DNA from: an uncultured delta proteobacterium
GTDB lineage: Bacteria; Myxococcota_A; Polyangia; Polyangiales; JAFGIB01
Length of the DNA stretch: 64,000 nt
NCBI GenBank assembly: GCA_963778655.1
Contig: CAVZVA010000012.1
Span: 96,001-160,000 of the forward strand
Direction: 5' to 3'
Below the pieces are notes generated by a model, which saw only the letters and a program-made list of their open reading frames with translations, had not been told where the DNA came from and did not search any database. A program made the translations under genes and the position numbers. Within the stretch, counting starts at the first letter, position 1. Each line of letters starts with the position of its first letter. Positions 47,211 through 58,046 of this stretch are shown here, piece by piece.

Positions 47211-49190
47211 ATGGCGGAGCCGATCTGGAGCCCGGAGCCCGAGCGCATCGAGCGCGCGAACGTCACGCGCCTGATGCGCAAGCTCGGCTTCGAGGTCGAT
47301 CCCCACGACGCGCAGCGGACCGCGGCGTCGGCGCGCGCCTTCGTGGATCGGAGCTGCCGTGAGGTGGCCTGGTTCTGGGAGCACGCGCTGCAAGACATGG
47401 GCATGCCGTGGCAGAAGCCATACCAGCGCGTGCTCGACCTCTCACGGGGCGCGCCCTTCGCCGACTGGTTCGTCGGCGGCGAGACCAACATCGCGCTCGC
47501 CTGCGTAGACCGCCACGCGCAAGGCCCGCTCGCGGCCAAGACCGCGCTGATCGCCGAGACCGAGGACGGCTCGGTGCGCAGCTACCGCTACGCCGAGCTC
47601 GCTGCAGAGGTGGGCCGCCTGGCCAACGCCCTGCGCGCGCTCGGCGTCGGCCGCGGCGACCGCGTGGCCTGCTACATGCCGATGATCGCCGAGGTGGTGT
47701 TCGCGATGCTGGCGACCCAGAAGATCGGCGCCATCTTTATCCCGATCTTTTCGGGTTACGCGCCGCCCGCGGTGCGCGAGCGGCTGCAAGAGGCCGGGGT
47801 GAAGCTGCTGTTTACCGCGGACGGCTCGCTGCGCCGCGGTCAGCCCGTGCCGCTGAAGCCGCAGGCCGACCGCGCGGTCGACGGGCTGGGCTGCGTGGAG
47901 CACGTGCTGGTGGTGCGCCGCCCGGGCACGGTCGCGCCCGACTGCCCGATGCGCGCCGGCCGCGACCTGTTCTACGCCGAGGCCGTGGCCGCGCAGCCGG
48001 GCGCGGCGCAGAGCGTGCCGATGCCGGCGATGGCCCCGGCGCTGATGCTGTTCACCAGCGGCACCACCGGCAAGCCCAAGGGCACGGTGCACACGCACGC
48101 CGGCTGCCTGGCGCAGATGGGCAAGGAGATCCTCTACAACCTCGACCTCCACGCCGACGACGTGTTCTTCTGGTTCTCCGACATCGGCTGGATGATGGGG
48201 CCGTGGGAGATCATCGGCTGCTTCATGCACGGCGGCACCATTCTGATCTTCGAAGGGGCACCCGACTACCCGAGCCCCGAGCGGCTGTGGCAGACAGTCG
48301 AGCGCCACGGCGTCAGCACGCTCGGCGTCAGCCCGACGGCGGTGCGGCTGCTGATGCGAGCGGGCGAAGCAGCGGTACGCCGGCACGCGATGCCGAGCCT
48401 GCACACGCTCGGCAGCACCGGCGAGCCCTGGGACGCCGAGAGCTACCTCTGGTACTTTGAGCAGGTCGGCCGGCGCCGCTGTCCCGTGATCAACATCAGC
48501 GGCGGCACCGACATCGTGGGTTGCTTTCTGGCGCCGTTGCCGATCATGCCGCTCACGCCGACCAGCCTGCAGAGCCGCGGCTTGGGCATGGACGTCGACG
48601 TGTTCGACGAGCAGGGCCAGAGCGTGCGCGGCGAGGTCGGCTACCTGGTCTGCAAGCAGCCCGCGCCATCGATGACGCGTAGCCTGTGGAAGAATGACGC
48701 CAAGTACCTGGAGACCTACTGGTCCAAGTTTCCCGGGGTATGGAACCACGGCGATTGGGCCAAGCTCGACGCCGACGGGCACTACTACCTCTACGGCCGC
48801 GCCGACGACACGCTGAAGATCGCCGGGCGGAGAGTCGGTCCGGGCGAGATCGAGGCTGCGTTGATCGAGCACCCCGCGGTGAGCGAGGCAGCGGCGGTAG
48901 GCGTGCCCGACGCGCTCAAGGGCACCGACGTGGTCTGCTTCGTGGTGCTCCATCCCGGCCACGCACCGAGCGAGGCCTTGCGCGCCGAGCTGGCGGCCGC
49001 GGTGGTCGCGGCGCTCGGGAAGGTCGACCGGCCCAAGGCGGTGCTGTTCGCTTCCGACTTGCCCAAGACGCGCAGCGCCAAGATCCTGCGGCGCCTGATC
49101 CAGCGCCGCTACCTGGGGGAGACCGAGCTCGGCGACCTCTCGAGCGTGGCCAACCCCGAGGCGCTCGATCGCATCGCGGAGGCGACCTAG
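47211..49190 (+). CDS. AMP-forming acetate/acyl-CoA synthetase
   Basis: TSGTTGKPKG, DIGWMMG, TGEPW, SGGTD, GRADD, LPKTRSAKILRR. Confidence 0.88.
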   Translation: MAEPIWSPEPERIERANVTRLMRKLGFEVDPHDAQRTAASARAFVDRSCREVAWFWEHALQDMGMPWQKPYQRVLDLSRGAPFADWFVGGETNIALACVDRHAQGPLAAKTALIAETEDGSVRSYRYAELAAEVGRLANALRALGVGRGDRVACYMPMIAEVVFAMLATQKIGAIFIPIFSGYAPPAVRERLQEAGVKLLFTADGSLRRGQPVPLKPQADRAVDGLGCVEHVLVVRRPGTVAPDCPMRAGRDLFYAEAVAAQPGAAQSVPMPAMAPALMLFTSGTTGKPKGTVHTHAGCLAQMGKEILYNLDLHADDVFFWFSDIGWMMGPWEIIGCFMHGGTILIFEGAPDYPSPERLWQTVERHGVSTLGVSPTAVRLLMRAGEAAVRRHAMPSLHTLGSTGEPWDAESYLWYFEQVGRRRCPVINISGGTDIVGCFLAPLPIMPLTPTSLQSRGLGMDVDVFDEQGQSVRGEVGYLVCKQPAPSMTRSLWKNDAKYLETYWSKFPGVWNHGDWAKLDADGHYYLYGRADDTLKIAGRRVGPGEIEAALIEHPAVSEAAAVGVPDALKGTDVVCFVVLHPGHAPSEALRAELAAAVVAALGKVDRPKAVLFASDLPKTRSAKILRRLIQRRYLGETELGDLSSVANPEALDRIAEAT

Positions 49191-49234
49191 CGCGCGTTCG
49201 GCGCGGCAGCGCCCGCCAGCTCGAACGGCAGGAG

Positions 49235-49294
49235 ATCACAGGAAGACGGGAAGGGAACCTGGGCTCTGTTCTTCCCGTCTTGCCGTCTTCCTGT
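49235..49294. repeat. REP-like palindrome, copy 2
   Basis: ATCACAGGAAGACGGGAAG...CTTCCCGTCTTGCCGTCTTCCTGT, similar to 42066..42127. Confidence 0.65.
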
Positions 49295-49418
49295 TGCACC
49301 CTCCGCAGCGCAGCTTACGGCCGAGAACGCGGGTCAAAAGGGGGAGGGGTCGACTTTTGTTCGATGCCGTTGTACCTGTACGCACTCGCTTTGGCTTGAA
49401 GAAGGCAGGTAGTTTCCC

Positions 49419-50771
<1,353 letters not shown>

Positions 50772-50802
50772 CCCGCTGAGCTCGGCGCAGGCCGGGGTAT
50801 CA

Positions 50803-50860
50803 CGGTGAAGGCTGCGCGGCCGCCTTCACCGGGGCGGCTACGCGGTGGGGTCGTCGGTGT
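50803..50860. terminator. Two hairpins between convergent genes, possible bidirectional terminator or REP
   Basis: CGGTGAAGGC/GCCTTCACCG 10-bp stem and GGGGTCG/CGACCCC stem; no U tract. Confidence 0.35.
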
Positions 50861-50990
50861 CTTCGACCCCTGCGCGGCGGCTTGGCGCGCCGGGGCGCGG
50901 GCGGTGGAACGGCCACCCGGCCGGCGGCGATGTTGAGAAAGGTTGCGCAGCGCGCTCGCGCGTCTGCTTGAACACCTGGTCCAGGTTGAT

Positions 50991-52106
50991 TTAGCGCCCC
51001 GGCACTGCCAATAGGCGCGTGGGAGCGAGCTGCGCGGCCAGCGGGTGGTGCTCGCCGCGCACGCAGGCCGCGAGCAATTCGCCGGCGGCCGGCGCCACGC
51101 TCATGCCGCGACCACCCAGCCCGCCCAGCCAGCACAGGCCCTCGACGCGGCCGTCGAGCCCCACCACCAGCTCGCGGTCGGGTGCGAACGTGCGCAGGCA
51201 CGCCCAGTAGCGCTTGACCTCGGCCGTGCCGAGCGCGGGCGCGCTGCGGGCGAGCTTGCCCGCCAGCGCCTGCAGCACTGCGGGCTCGGCCGCGAGGGGC
51301 TCGTGGGCGGCCCAGGCGGTTTGATCGCAGGCGCTGGCCAGCGCGCCGCCCGACTCCGGGCGGTAGTAGAGCTCGTCGTCCAGACGCCACACCACCGGGT
51401 GCTCAGGCGCGAGCACCACCCGGTCCGGCAGCTCGAGCTGCACCAGGTGGCGGCGCAGCGCGCGCAGCCCGAGCGGCAGCCCGCACGCGGCGGCCAGGTC
51501 CTCGCTGAAGGCGCCGGCGGCCAGCACGACCAGCGCGGTGGCCACGCGCGAGCCGTCCTGCAGCTCCACGCCTGCGACCCGCTCGTGCTCCAGCCGCAGC
51601 GCACGCACGCCGCAGCCCGTGCGGATCTCGACCCCGCGCGCGCGCGCGGCTCGGGCCAGCGCGGTGTTGAGCGCGTGGATGTCGAGCACGCCGCCCTCCG
51701 GCACCCATAGCCCGTGCACGGCCTCGCCGCCGGCGAGCGAGGCGGCGCGCTGCTGCAGCGCGCCCGCGTCGAGCAGCTCGGCCTGCACGCCCTGCGCGCG
51801 CGCGTGCTGCAGCAGGGCGCGCGCCTCGCCCTGCCGGGCGTCGAGCAGCAGCAGCCCGCAGCGCCGCAGCAGCGGCTCGCTGCCGGCGTCCAGCTCCGCG
51901 AGCAGCGCCAGGCTGCGTCGCGACAACTCCGCGCTGGTGTGGTCGTGCTCGAGCGGGCGATAGATCGCCGCGTTGCGGCCCGAGGCCTGCGAGGCCAGCA
52001 GCGGCTCGCGCTCGAGCAGGCGCACGCGCAGCGCGCGGCCCAGCGCGGCCGCCGCCGACAGCCCGGCCACGCCGCCGCCCACCACCACCGCGTCCACGGC
52101 GTCCAT
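50991..52106 (-). CDS. FAD-dependent oxidoreductase (DAO family)
   Basis: VVVGGGVAGLS, ASGRNAA, WACLRTFAPDR, GLGGRG. Confidence 0.88.
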   Translation of the reverse strand: MDAVDAVVVGGGVAGLSAAAALGRALRVRLLEREPLLASQASGRNAAIYRPLEHDHTSAELSRRSLALLAELDAGSEPLLRRCGLLLLDARQGEARALLQHARAQGVQAELLDAGALQQRAASLAGGEAVHGLWVPEGGVLDIHALNTALARAARARGVEIRTGCGVRALRLEHERVAGVELQDGSRVATALVVLAAGAFSEDLAAACGLPLGLRALRRHLVQLELPDRVVLAPEHPVVWRLDDELYYRPESGGALASACDQTAWAAHEPLAAEPAVLQALAGKLARSAPALGTAEVKRYWACLRTFAPDRELVVGLDGRVEGLCWLGGLGGRGMSVAPAAGELLAACVRGEHHPLAAQLAPTRLLAVPGR

Positions 52107-52267
52107 GCCGCAAGGCTTAGCAGAGTCGCCCCCGCCGGTCCCGACCCCCGCCAGCAGCGGCCCCGCCTCCCGGCACGCACCGGCGGTCGCCCCGCGAGCG
52201 AGCGCGGCGAGCCGCGCGGGAGGCTGGGTCGCGCAACCGCCCCGCTAACAAGGCGCAGTCGCGATAG

Positions 52268-52446
52268 CTAAGGATCCGAGCACAAACAACCCGAGCACGG
52301 CCGGCTTGTCGGCGGAGTGCGATCGCGCGCGCGCCGGCAGAACAAACCACGGGAATACTCGATGTATTTCGAGCACCTTTTCGAGGACGAAAGCCGCGAA
52401 CACGCCCGCCCACGAGCCGCAACTGAGCAGGTCATCTGTGCTCTAG
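52268..52446. mobile_element. MITE-like non-coding element, copy 2
   Basis: CTAAGGATCCGAGCACAAAC...GGAATACTCGATGTATTTCGAG...ATCTGTGCTCTAG, collinear with 18458..18629. Confidence 0.7.
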
Positions 52447-54101
52447 TGCCCACCCGGCGTGTCCGAGACCGGCGCCTCACTCTGGCCGCTGCGCCGGACC
52501 CACAGCGCGGTCAGCGCGAAGAACGCGGCCGCGAGCGCGTAGCCGACCGCCCACGGCCAGCCGCTGGCCCAGCCGATCGTGTACACGCCGCCCTCGGGGC
52601 TGAGCCTGCCGGCGTGGATGAAGCCGAAGAACGACAGCACCGCGCCCAACAGCATGAAGCGCGTCGCCGCGCCGAAGCGGCGGTCGATCAGGCACGCGCT
52701 GGCGCCGGACCAGACCAGAGAGGTGAGCATGAAGCCTTGCGAGAGTGCGACCATGCCCGGCAGGCGCAGGCCGGCGCTCTGGAACGCTGCCGGCTTGTCC
52801 AGCACCTGCGCGGCCAGCGCGAAGTTGCCGGTGGCGAAGCCAGCCGCGCCCAAGGTTTGGGTCAGCACCAACACGCCCCAGGCGGCGATCGCCGGAAACA
52901 GGCCGAGCGCAACCGCGGGCGCGTGCCGGACAGGAGTTGCCGAGAACGCCTGCGCCGTGATCACGATGCCGATCCACAGCACGATCGCCATCCCGGCTTC
53001 GATCGGCATCAACGCGCTGATCGCGTGCGAGAGTCCGAGCAGCGCGACCACGGTGAAGAACACGCCGTTGAGGATCGAGTAGCCCGCGCGCGCGCCGAGC
53101 GCCTTCCAGCCCGGGTGCCCGATGTAGATGGTGGTCGGAAAGCACGAGCCCAGGCAGGCCGCCACCAGCGAGCCCAGCCCGTTGACCGCCAGGCAGGGCG
53201 CGGTCGGGTAGCGGTCGCCCGCAGCCTCGGCCGACTCCAGGTTCTGCAGCGAGCCGAGCACGTTGAACAGGCCCATCGGCAAAATCACCGGCACCAGGAA
53301 TTTCAGCGTCAGCGGGTGGCGCAGGCCTGCGAGCAGATCGGAGAGCACCGGCAGCGGCGGATAGAAGCCGACATGGGCGAACGCGGGCGCGAGCGCGCTT
53401 GCGCGCACCGGCGAGCGCAGCGCGGGCCACAGTGTGAGCGTCCAGGCCGCCAGCGTGCCCAGCCCCACCGCCCAGGCGCCGCCGGGGATGCGCAGCGGCA
53501 GGCGCACTCCCGAGAAGTAGGTGGTCAGGATCACCGCCAGCGGCAGCAGGGCCAGCAGCGGCATCTCGAAGGTGCGCACGGCGAAGTCGATCGCGATGAA
53601 GCTGATGGCGATGCCGCTGAGCGTGGCCAGCAGCGCCGCGCGCGGCGTGGAGCGGCGCACGAAGTCGGCCACAGGCGCGCCCATCAGCTCGATCGCGCCC
53701 GACAGCAGGCAGGCCGCCAGGCCCACACGCCAGGCCGTGAGCGCGGCCTGCGCGTGCGTGGCGCCGGCAGCCTCCGCGCTGAGCTTGGCGGGCAGCATGA
53801 CCAGGAACACGAAGGCGAACAGCGAGACGGTGTTGATGCCGTAGGGCAGGGCGGTCACGTCGGTGCGCGCGCTCGCCGCCGAGAGGCGCTGCGCCTGACG
53901 CGCGTAGTACAGATTGCCCACCAGCACCGAGAGCGCGGCCGCGGGCAGCACCGACCGCAGCAGCAGCTCGATCGGGAAGCCGAGCACCGAGCCGCACAGG
54001 CTCAGGATCAGCAGGAACTGGATCAGATTGTCGATCGCGAGGCCGAAGAAGCCGTCGACGTCGCCGGCCACGAACAGGGGTTGCGCCGTCCCGCGGATCA
54101 C
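52443..54101 (-). CDS. NCS2/AzgA-like nucleobase permease
   Basis: GDVDGFFGL, DVTALPYGINT, NLESAEAAGD, PTTIYIGHPGWK; many TM helices. Confidence 0.8.
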   Translation of the reverse strand: MIRGTAQPLFVAGDVDGFFGLAIDNLIQFLLILSLCGSVLGFPIELLLRSVLPAAALSVLVGNLYYARQAQRLSAASARTDVTALPYGINTVSLFAFVFLVMLPAKLSAEAAGATHAQAALTAWRVGLAACLLSGAIELMGAPVADFVRRSTPRAALLATLSGIAISFIAIDFAVRTFEMPLLALLPLAVILTTYFSGVRLPLRIPGGAWAVGLGTLAAWTLTLWPALRSPVRASALAPAFAHVGFYPPLPVLSDLLAGLRHPLTLKFLVPVILPMGLFNVLGSLQNLESAEAAGDRYPTAPCLAVNGLGSLVAACLGSCFPTTIYIGHPGWKALGARAGYSILNGVFFTVVALLGLSHAISALMPIEAGMAIVLWIGIVITAQAFSATPVRHAPAVALGLFPAIAAWGVLVLTQTLGAAGFATGNFALAAQVLDKPAAFQSAGLRLPGMVALSQGFMLTSLVWSGASACLIDRRFGAATRFMLLGAVLSFFGFIHAGRLSPEGGVYTIGWASGWPWAVGYALAAAFFALTALWVRRSGQSEAPVSDTPGGH

Positions 54102-54247
54102 GGGGCCGCAGTGTAGTCGAGCCGGCCTGGCTTTCCACGCTCGGCGCCGCTTGCGGCGCGGCACGCGCGCCGTGCTACACCATCGCCCGGGATCCTGGGA
54201 CGCCCGCTCGTACCGCCCGAGCGCTGGTGCCCCTGCGTTGGCCCACG

Positions 54248-55549
54248 ATGTCTTCTGAGCTCGAACCCAAGCCGCAGCGCCCGCACGGACTGGCCTTTCT
54301 GGTGATCTCCGTGCTGCTGCATGTCGCGGCGTATTTCGGCTTCACCCTGGCTGCGGTGGCGAAGGCGCCGATCCAGATCGAGCTGCCCTCGGAGATCGAG
54401 TTCGGCATGGTCGACACCGATCCCGGCCAGCAGGGCTCGCCGCCGCCGGCGGCGCCCAAGACTGAGGTCACGCACCCGCCGCCCACGCCGCCCAAGCCCA
54501 CGCCCGCGCCCAAGCCTGTGAGCGACGACATCGTGGTGACCGACGCCGGCGTGCCCAAGGACGCCGGGGTGCCGACCGACGCCGCGGCCGCCGACGCCGG
54601 CAGCCCCGCGCTGGCCGGCGGCGAGGGCGAAGGGCAGGGCGCGGCCGGCGCCGGGCTCGGCTTCGGCGCAGGCGGTTTTGGCGGCGGCAAGGGCGGGCCT
54701 GTGGGGGCCATCATCGGCTTGCACGCCGACCTCGAGCAGATGCGCAAGAGCTCGATGCTGCTGGAGATGCAAGCCGTGCTGCAGCTGATTCCGGAGTGGC
54801 AGAAGGCGCTGCACGGCTCTGGGCTCAGGTTCTCGGATCTGTCGCGCATCTTCGTGGCCACGCCCAACCTCAAGCGCTCGGACCTGGTGGTGTCGGCGCG
54901 GGTCAAGGGCGGCCGCGCGGTGGTGCAGCGTGCGGCGCAGCACCTGGCCGAGGCGCAGGGCAAGAGTGCGCAGTTGACGCAGCAGGGCGGCCTCGAGGTC
55001 GCGCCCTGGTACAACCACGGCCCCACCCAGCGCGAGGTCGCGCTGGTCGCGCCCGATCAGTTCGTGGTCGCGCGCCCGCGCGACGTGCCGCGCGTGCTGG
55101 GCGTGTCGGCGGGGCTGGCCCGCCGCCAGGCCAAGCAGCCTGAGATGGAGCACGCGCAGGGCCCGGCGGCGCTGCTGGCGATGTACCAGGGCGAGGCGGC
55201 CGCGCTCTCGGTGGAGGGGGTGCGCAAGCTGGTGGTGGGCGACACCAGCTACGTGCCGCTGGCGTTGCGCATCTCGCTCTGGCACCTGGACGAGTTCCAC
55301 GTACGCCTGCGTGCCTACGGCTACTACGAATCGGGCGAGCGCGCGCAGACCGCGCTCGCCCGCGTCGACGAGCTGCGCCACGCACTGGCCGACAACGCCC
55401 AGGTGCAGTACTTCGGCCTGCGCAGCGCGATCGACGAGGCCAAGCTCGAGCGCAAGAACGACACGCTGCAGTTAGAGACCATCCTCACCTTGCACCAGAC
55501 CCGCTATCTGATGGCCTTCGTCAGCAAGGCGTTGAAGCCACGGGATTGA
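54248..55549 (+). CDS. Hypothetical membrane-anchored protein with TonB-like anchor and Pro/Gly-rich linker
   Basis: N-terminal TM with SVLLH, PPKPTPAPKP linker, GC3-biased codons. Confidence 0.7.
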   Translation: MSSELEPKPQRPHGLAFLVISVLLHVAAYFGFTLAAVAKAPIQIELPSEIEFGMVDTDPGQQGSPPPAAPKTEVTHPPPTPPKPTPAPKPVSDDIVVTDAGVPKDAGVPTDAAAADAGSPALAGGEGEGQGAAGAGLGFGAGGFGGGKGGPVGAIIGLHADLEQMRKSSMLLEMQAVLQLIPEWQKALHGSGLRFSDLSRIFVATPNLKRSDLVVSARVKGGRAVVQRAAQHLAEAQGKSAQLTQQGGLEVAPWYNHGPTQREVALVAPDQFVVARPRDVPRVLGVSAGLARRQAKQPEMEHAQGPAALLAMYQGEAAALSVEGVRKLVVGDTSYVPLALRISLWHLDEFHVRLRAYGYYESGERAQTALARVDELRHALADNAQVQYFGLRSAIDEAKLERKNDTLQLETILTLHQTRYLMAFVSKALKPRD

Positions 55550-55596
55550 AGGGCCGCCCGGCGGCGACGCGCACCACCGCCGGCGTCGTTGGCGGC

Positions 55597-57159
55597 TCAA
55601 CCCACTCTGGCCTTGCGGCGGTCGCTGAGGTTGTCGACTTGGTTGCGAGAGAGGCCGCTGGAGGGGGAGATGGTGACCGAGGCGCTCTTGTCGGAGCTGA
55701 CCTCGCGGGCGCTCACGTTGAGCACGCCGTCGGCGTCGATGAGGAAGGTGACCTCCACGTTGACGTTGCCTGCCGAGCGCCGCGGCAGGTCGGCGAGCCT
55801 GAAGCGGCCCAGGAAGGTGTTGTGGTCGACCAGCTCCTGCTCGCCCTGGTAGACCATGATCTCGACGAACTCCTGGTCGTCGCGGGTGGTCGCGAACAGC
55901 TTCTTTTCGCTGGTCGGGATCGTGGTGTTCTTGGGGATCAGCGGCGACATGCGGCCGTCCTTGACCCGCAGCCCGAGCGAGTGCGGCGTGACATCGAGCA
56001 GAACCGCGTCGTCCACCTGACCGCTCATGATCCCGCACTGGATGGCTGCGCCAATCGCCACGATCTCGTCCGGGTTCACGTCCTTGGCCGCGATCTTGCC
56101 GAAGATCTCCTCGACCTTGCGCTGCACCGCCGGCATGCGCGTCATACCTCCCACCAGCAACACCTGGTCGAGATCGGTGGCCTTGAGCCCGGCGTCCTGC
56201 AGCGCGCGCTGGCAGGGCGCGGTGAGCTTGTCGATCAGACGCTTGGTCAGGCGCTCGAGCAGGCTGCGCTCGATCACGTCGTGGCGCATATGCAGCGGGC
56301 CGGCCGGACCGGTGCAGACGAAGGGCAGATTGATGCTGGTGGTCGGCGTGCTCGACAGCTCCTTCTTGGCGCACTCCGCCGCCTCGCGCGTCCGTTGCAG
56401 CGCGACCGGGTCTTCCGCCAGGTCGATCTTGTTCTCGCGCTTGAACTCCGCCAGCAGGTGCTCGAGCAGCGCGCGGTCGAAATCGTCGCCGCCCAGAAAG
56501 GTGTCGCCATGGGTCGCCAGCACCTCGAACACCATGCCCGTGGTGCGCATGATGGTGATGTCGAAGGTCCCGCCGCCCAGATCGAAGATGGCAAGCGTCT
56601 GGTCCTTGCCCTTGTCGATCCCGTAGCCGAGCGCGGCCGCGGTGGGCTCGTTCAGGATGTTGCGCGCGCGCAGGCCGGCGATCTCGGCCGCGTCCTTGGT
56701 TGCCTGGCGCTGGGCGTCGTTGAAGTACGCCGGCACCGTGATCACCGCGTCGCTGACCTCCTCGCCCAGATAGGCCTCGGCGCAGGTCTTGATCTCCTGC
56801 AGCAGCACCGCGGACAGCTCCTGCGGGCTGTACTCGCGGTCGCGCGTGCGCACCCAGGCGTCGCCGTTCTGCGCGGCGCACAGCTCGAACGGCGCAAGCT
56901 CCTCCCAGGTGCGCATCTCGCGGCTCTCCAGCTTGCGTCCGATCAGTCGCTTGATACCGAAGATGGTGCGGTGCGGATTGGTGACCGCCTGGCGCTGGGC
57001 CGCAACGCCGACGATCTCGTTGCCGTGGTCCGCGAACGCCACCACCGAGGGCATAGTGCGCTGCCCATGCCGCGAGGGGATCACCCGCGCGACGCCGTCC
57101 TGCAGCAGCGCCACGCAGCAGTTGGTCGTCCCGAGATCGATGCCGATCAGCTTGCCCAT
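55597..57159 (-). CDS. dnaK: Hsp70/DnaK paralogue lacking the C-terminal helical lid
   Basis: IGIDLGTT, TVPAYFNDAQRQATKDA, EPTAAAL, DLGGGTFD, LVGGMTR, LLDVTP; 520 aa, ends just after the beta-sandwich. Confidence 0.88.
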   Translation of the reverse strand: MGKLIGIDLGTTNCCVALLQDGVARVIPSRHGQRTMPSVVAFADHGNEIVGVAAQRQAVTNPHRTIFGIKRLIGRKLESREMRTWEELAPFELCAAQNGDAWVRTRDREYSPQELSAVLLQEIKTCAEAYLGEEVSDAVITVPAYFNDAQRQATKDAAEIAGLRARNILNEPTAAALGYGIDKGKDQTLAIFDLGGGTFDITIMRTTGMVFEVLATHGDTFLGGDDFDRALLEHLLAEFKRENKIDLAEDPVALQRTREAAECAKKELSSTPTTSINLPFVCTGPAGPLHMRHDVIERSLLERLTKRLIDKLTAPCQRALQDAGLKATDLDQVLLVGGMTRMPAVQRKVEEIFGKIAAKDVNPDEIVAIGAAIQCGIMSGQVDDAVLLDVTPHSLGLRVKDGRMSPLIPKNTTIPTSEKKLFATTRDDQEFVEIMVYQGEQELVDHNTFLGRFRLADLPRRSAGNVNVEVTFLIDADGVLNVSAREVSSDKSASVTISPSSGLSRNQVDNLSDRRKARVG

Positions 57160-57161
57160 GC

Positions 57162-58046
57162 CTACTCGTCCTTGGGGGCGAGCGCCTTGCCGCCGGCGCC
57201 GCGCACGCCCGCGGGCCGGCGCGAGATGGGGGTGGCCGCCGGGCGTCCCGAGCGGGGGCTGGCCGGCAGAGGCGACGCCAGCGGCTGCGGCCGCCGCGAG
57301 GCGACCGGCGCCAGTGAGCGCGCTTCGGAGCGCGGCGCGATCGGCACGGAGGTGGGTTGCGAGCGCGGCCCGGCCTGCAGCTTGGTCAGCGCACGCTTGT
57401 GGGCGATGAAGATCTCGGTGGCGAGCGCCGAGATCTGCGGGCTGTCGAGCCGGGCGTACACGTGCGGGTGGACGCGCTTGGACGCGAGCAGGAAGGCGTG
57501 GCGGGCCGCTTCCGGCCCGGCGTCGGGCGCGATGCCCAGGATCGCGCACGGCGTCTTTTCGCGCAGCGCCGCCAGCTCGCGCTCGAGCTGCTTGAGCGTG
57601 CGCGCGCGCTCCGCCGCCAGCGCCTTGGTGGCCGGGTCGGGCGGCGCGGCGGGCGCCTTGCTCTTGGTCCTGGTGCCGCTCGCGGGCGCTGCCGCCGCCG
57701 CGCTCGCACGTTCGTGACGCAGCAGCGCGTCGAGCGTCAGCCCGATGAAGGCGCGGTGGTCGTCGCCGAGGTCGATGAACAGCACGCCGAAGCCCGCGCG
57801 CCTGTGCTCGGCCGCGGCCCGCTCAAAGGAGACCACCTGCACCACCTGGCCACGCACCACCAGCTCGCCGATCGGGGAACGCAGCGTGATCTCCAGCTCG
57901 CGGTCGACCTCCATCGGGACCGGGCTCGGCACGAACACGCCGGCCAGGCTGAGGTCGCGCGGCCGCAGCTCGGCTACGCATCCGTCAATCGTGCATTCCA
58001 GCTTGGTACCCCGGGTCACGCCCCGTCCGCGAGGAAAGGTGGTCAC
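57162..58046 (-). CDS. PilZ-domain plus J-domain-like protein
   Basis: DLSLAGVF...GQVV...GFGVLF (PilZ); ILGIAPDA...KRVHPH (J-like). GTG start overlaps the upstream TGA. Confidence 0.7.
   Translation of the reverse strand: MTTFPRGRGVTRGTKLECTIDGCVAELRPRDLSLAGVFVPSPVPMEVDRELEITLRSPIGELVVRGQVVQVVSFERAAAEHRRAGFGVLFIDLGDDHRAFIGLTLDALLRHERASAAAAAPASGTRTKSKAPAAPPDPATKALAAERARTLKQLERELAALREKTPCAILGIAPDAGPEAARHAFLLASKRVHPHVYARLDSPQISALATEIFIAHKRALTKLQAGPRSQPTSVPIAPRSEARSLAPVASRRPQPLASPLPASPRSGRPAATPISRRPAGVRGAGGKALAPKDE

Noticed and set aside
52243..52270. attC-like start GCTAACAAGGCGC
   Set aside because: No matching GTTAG end, no cassette array and no integrase in the window.
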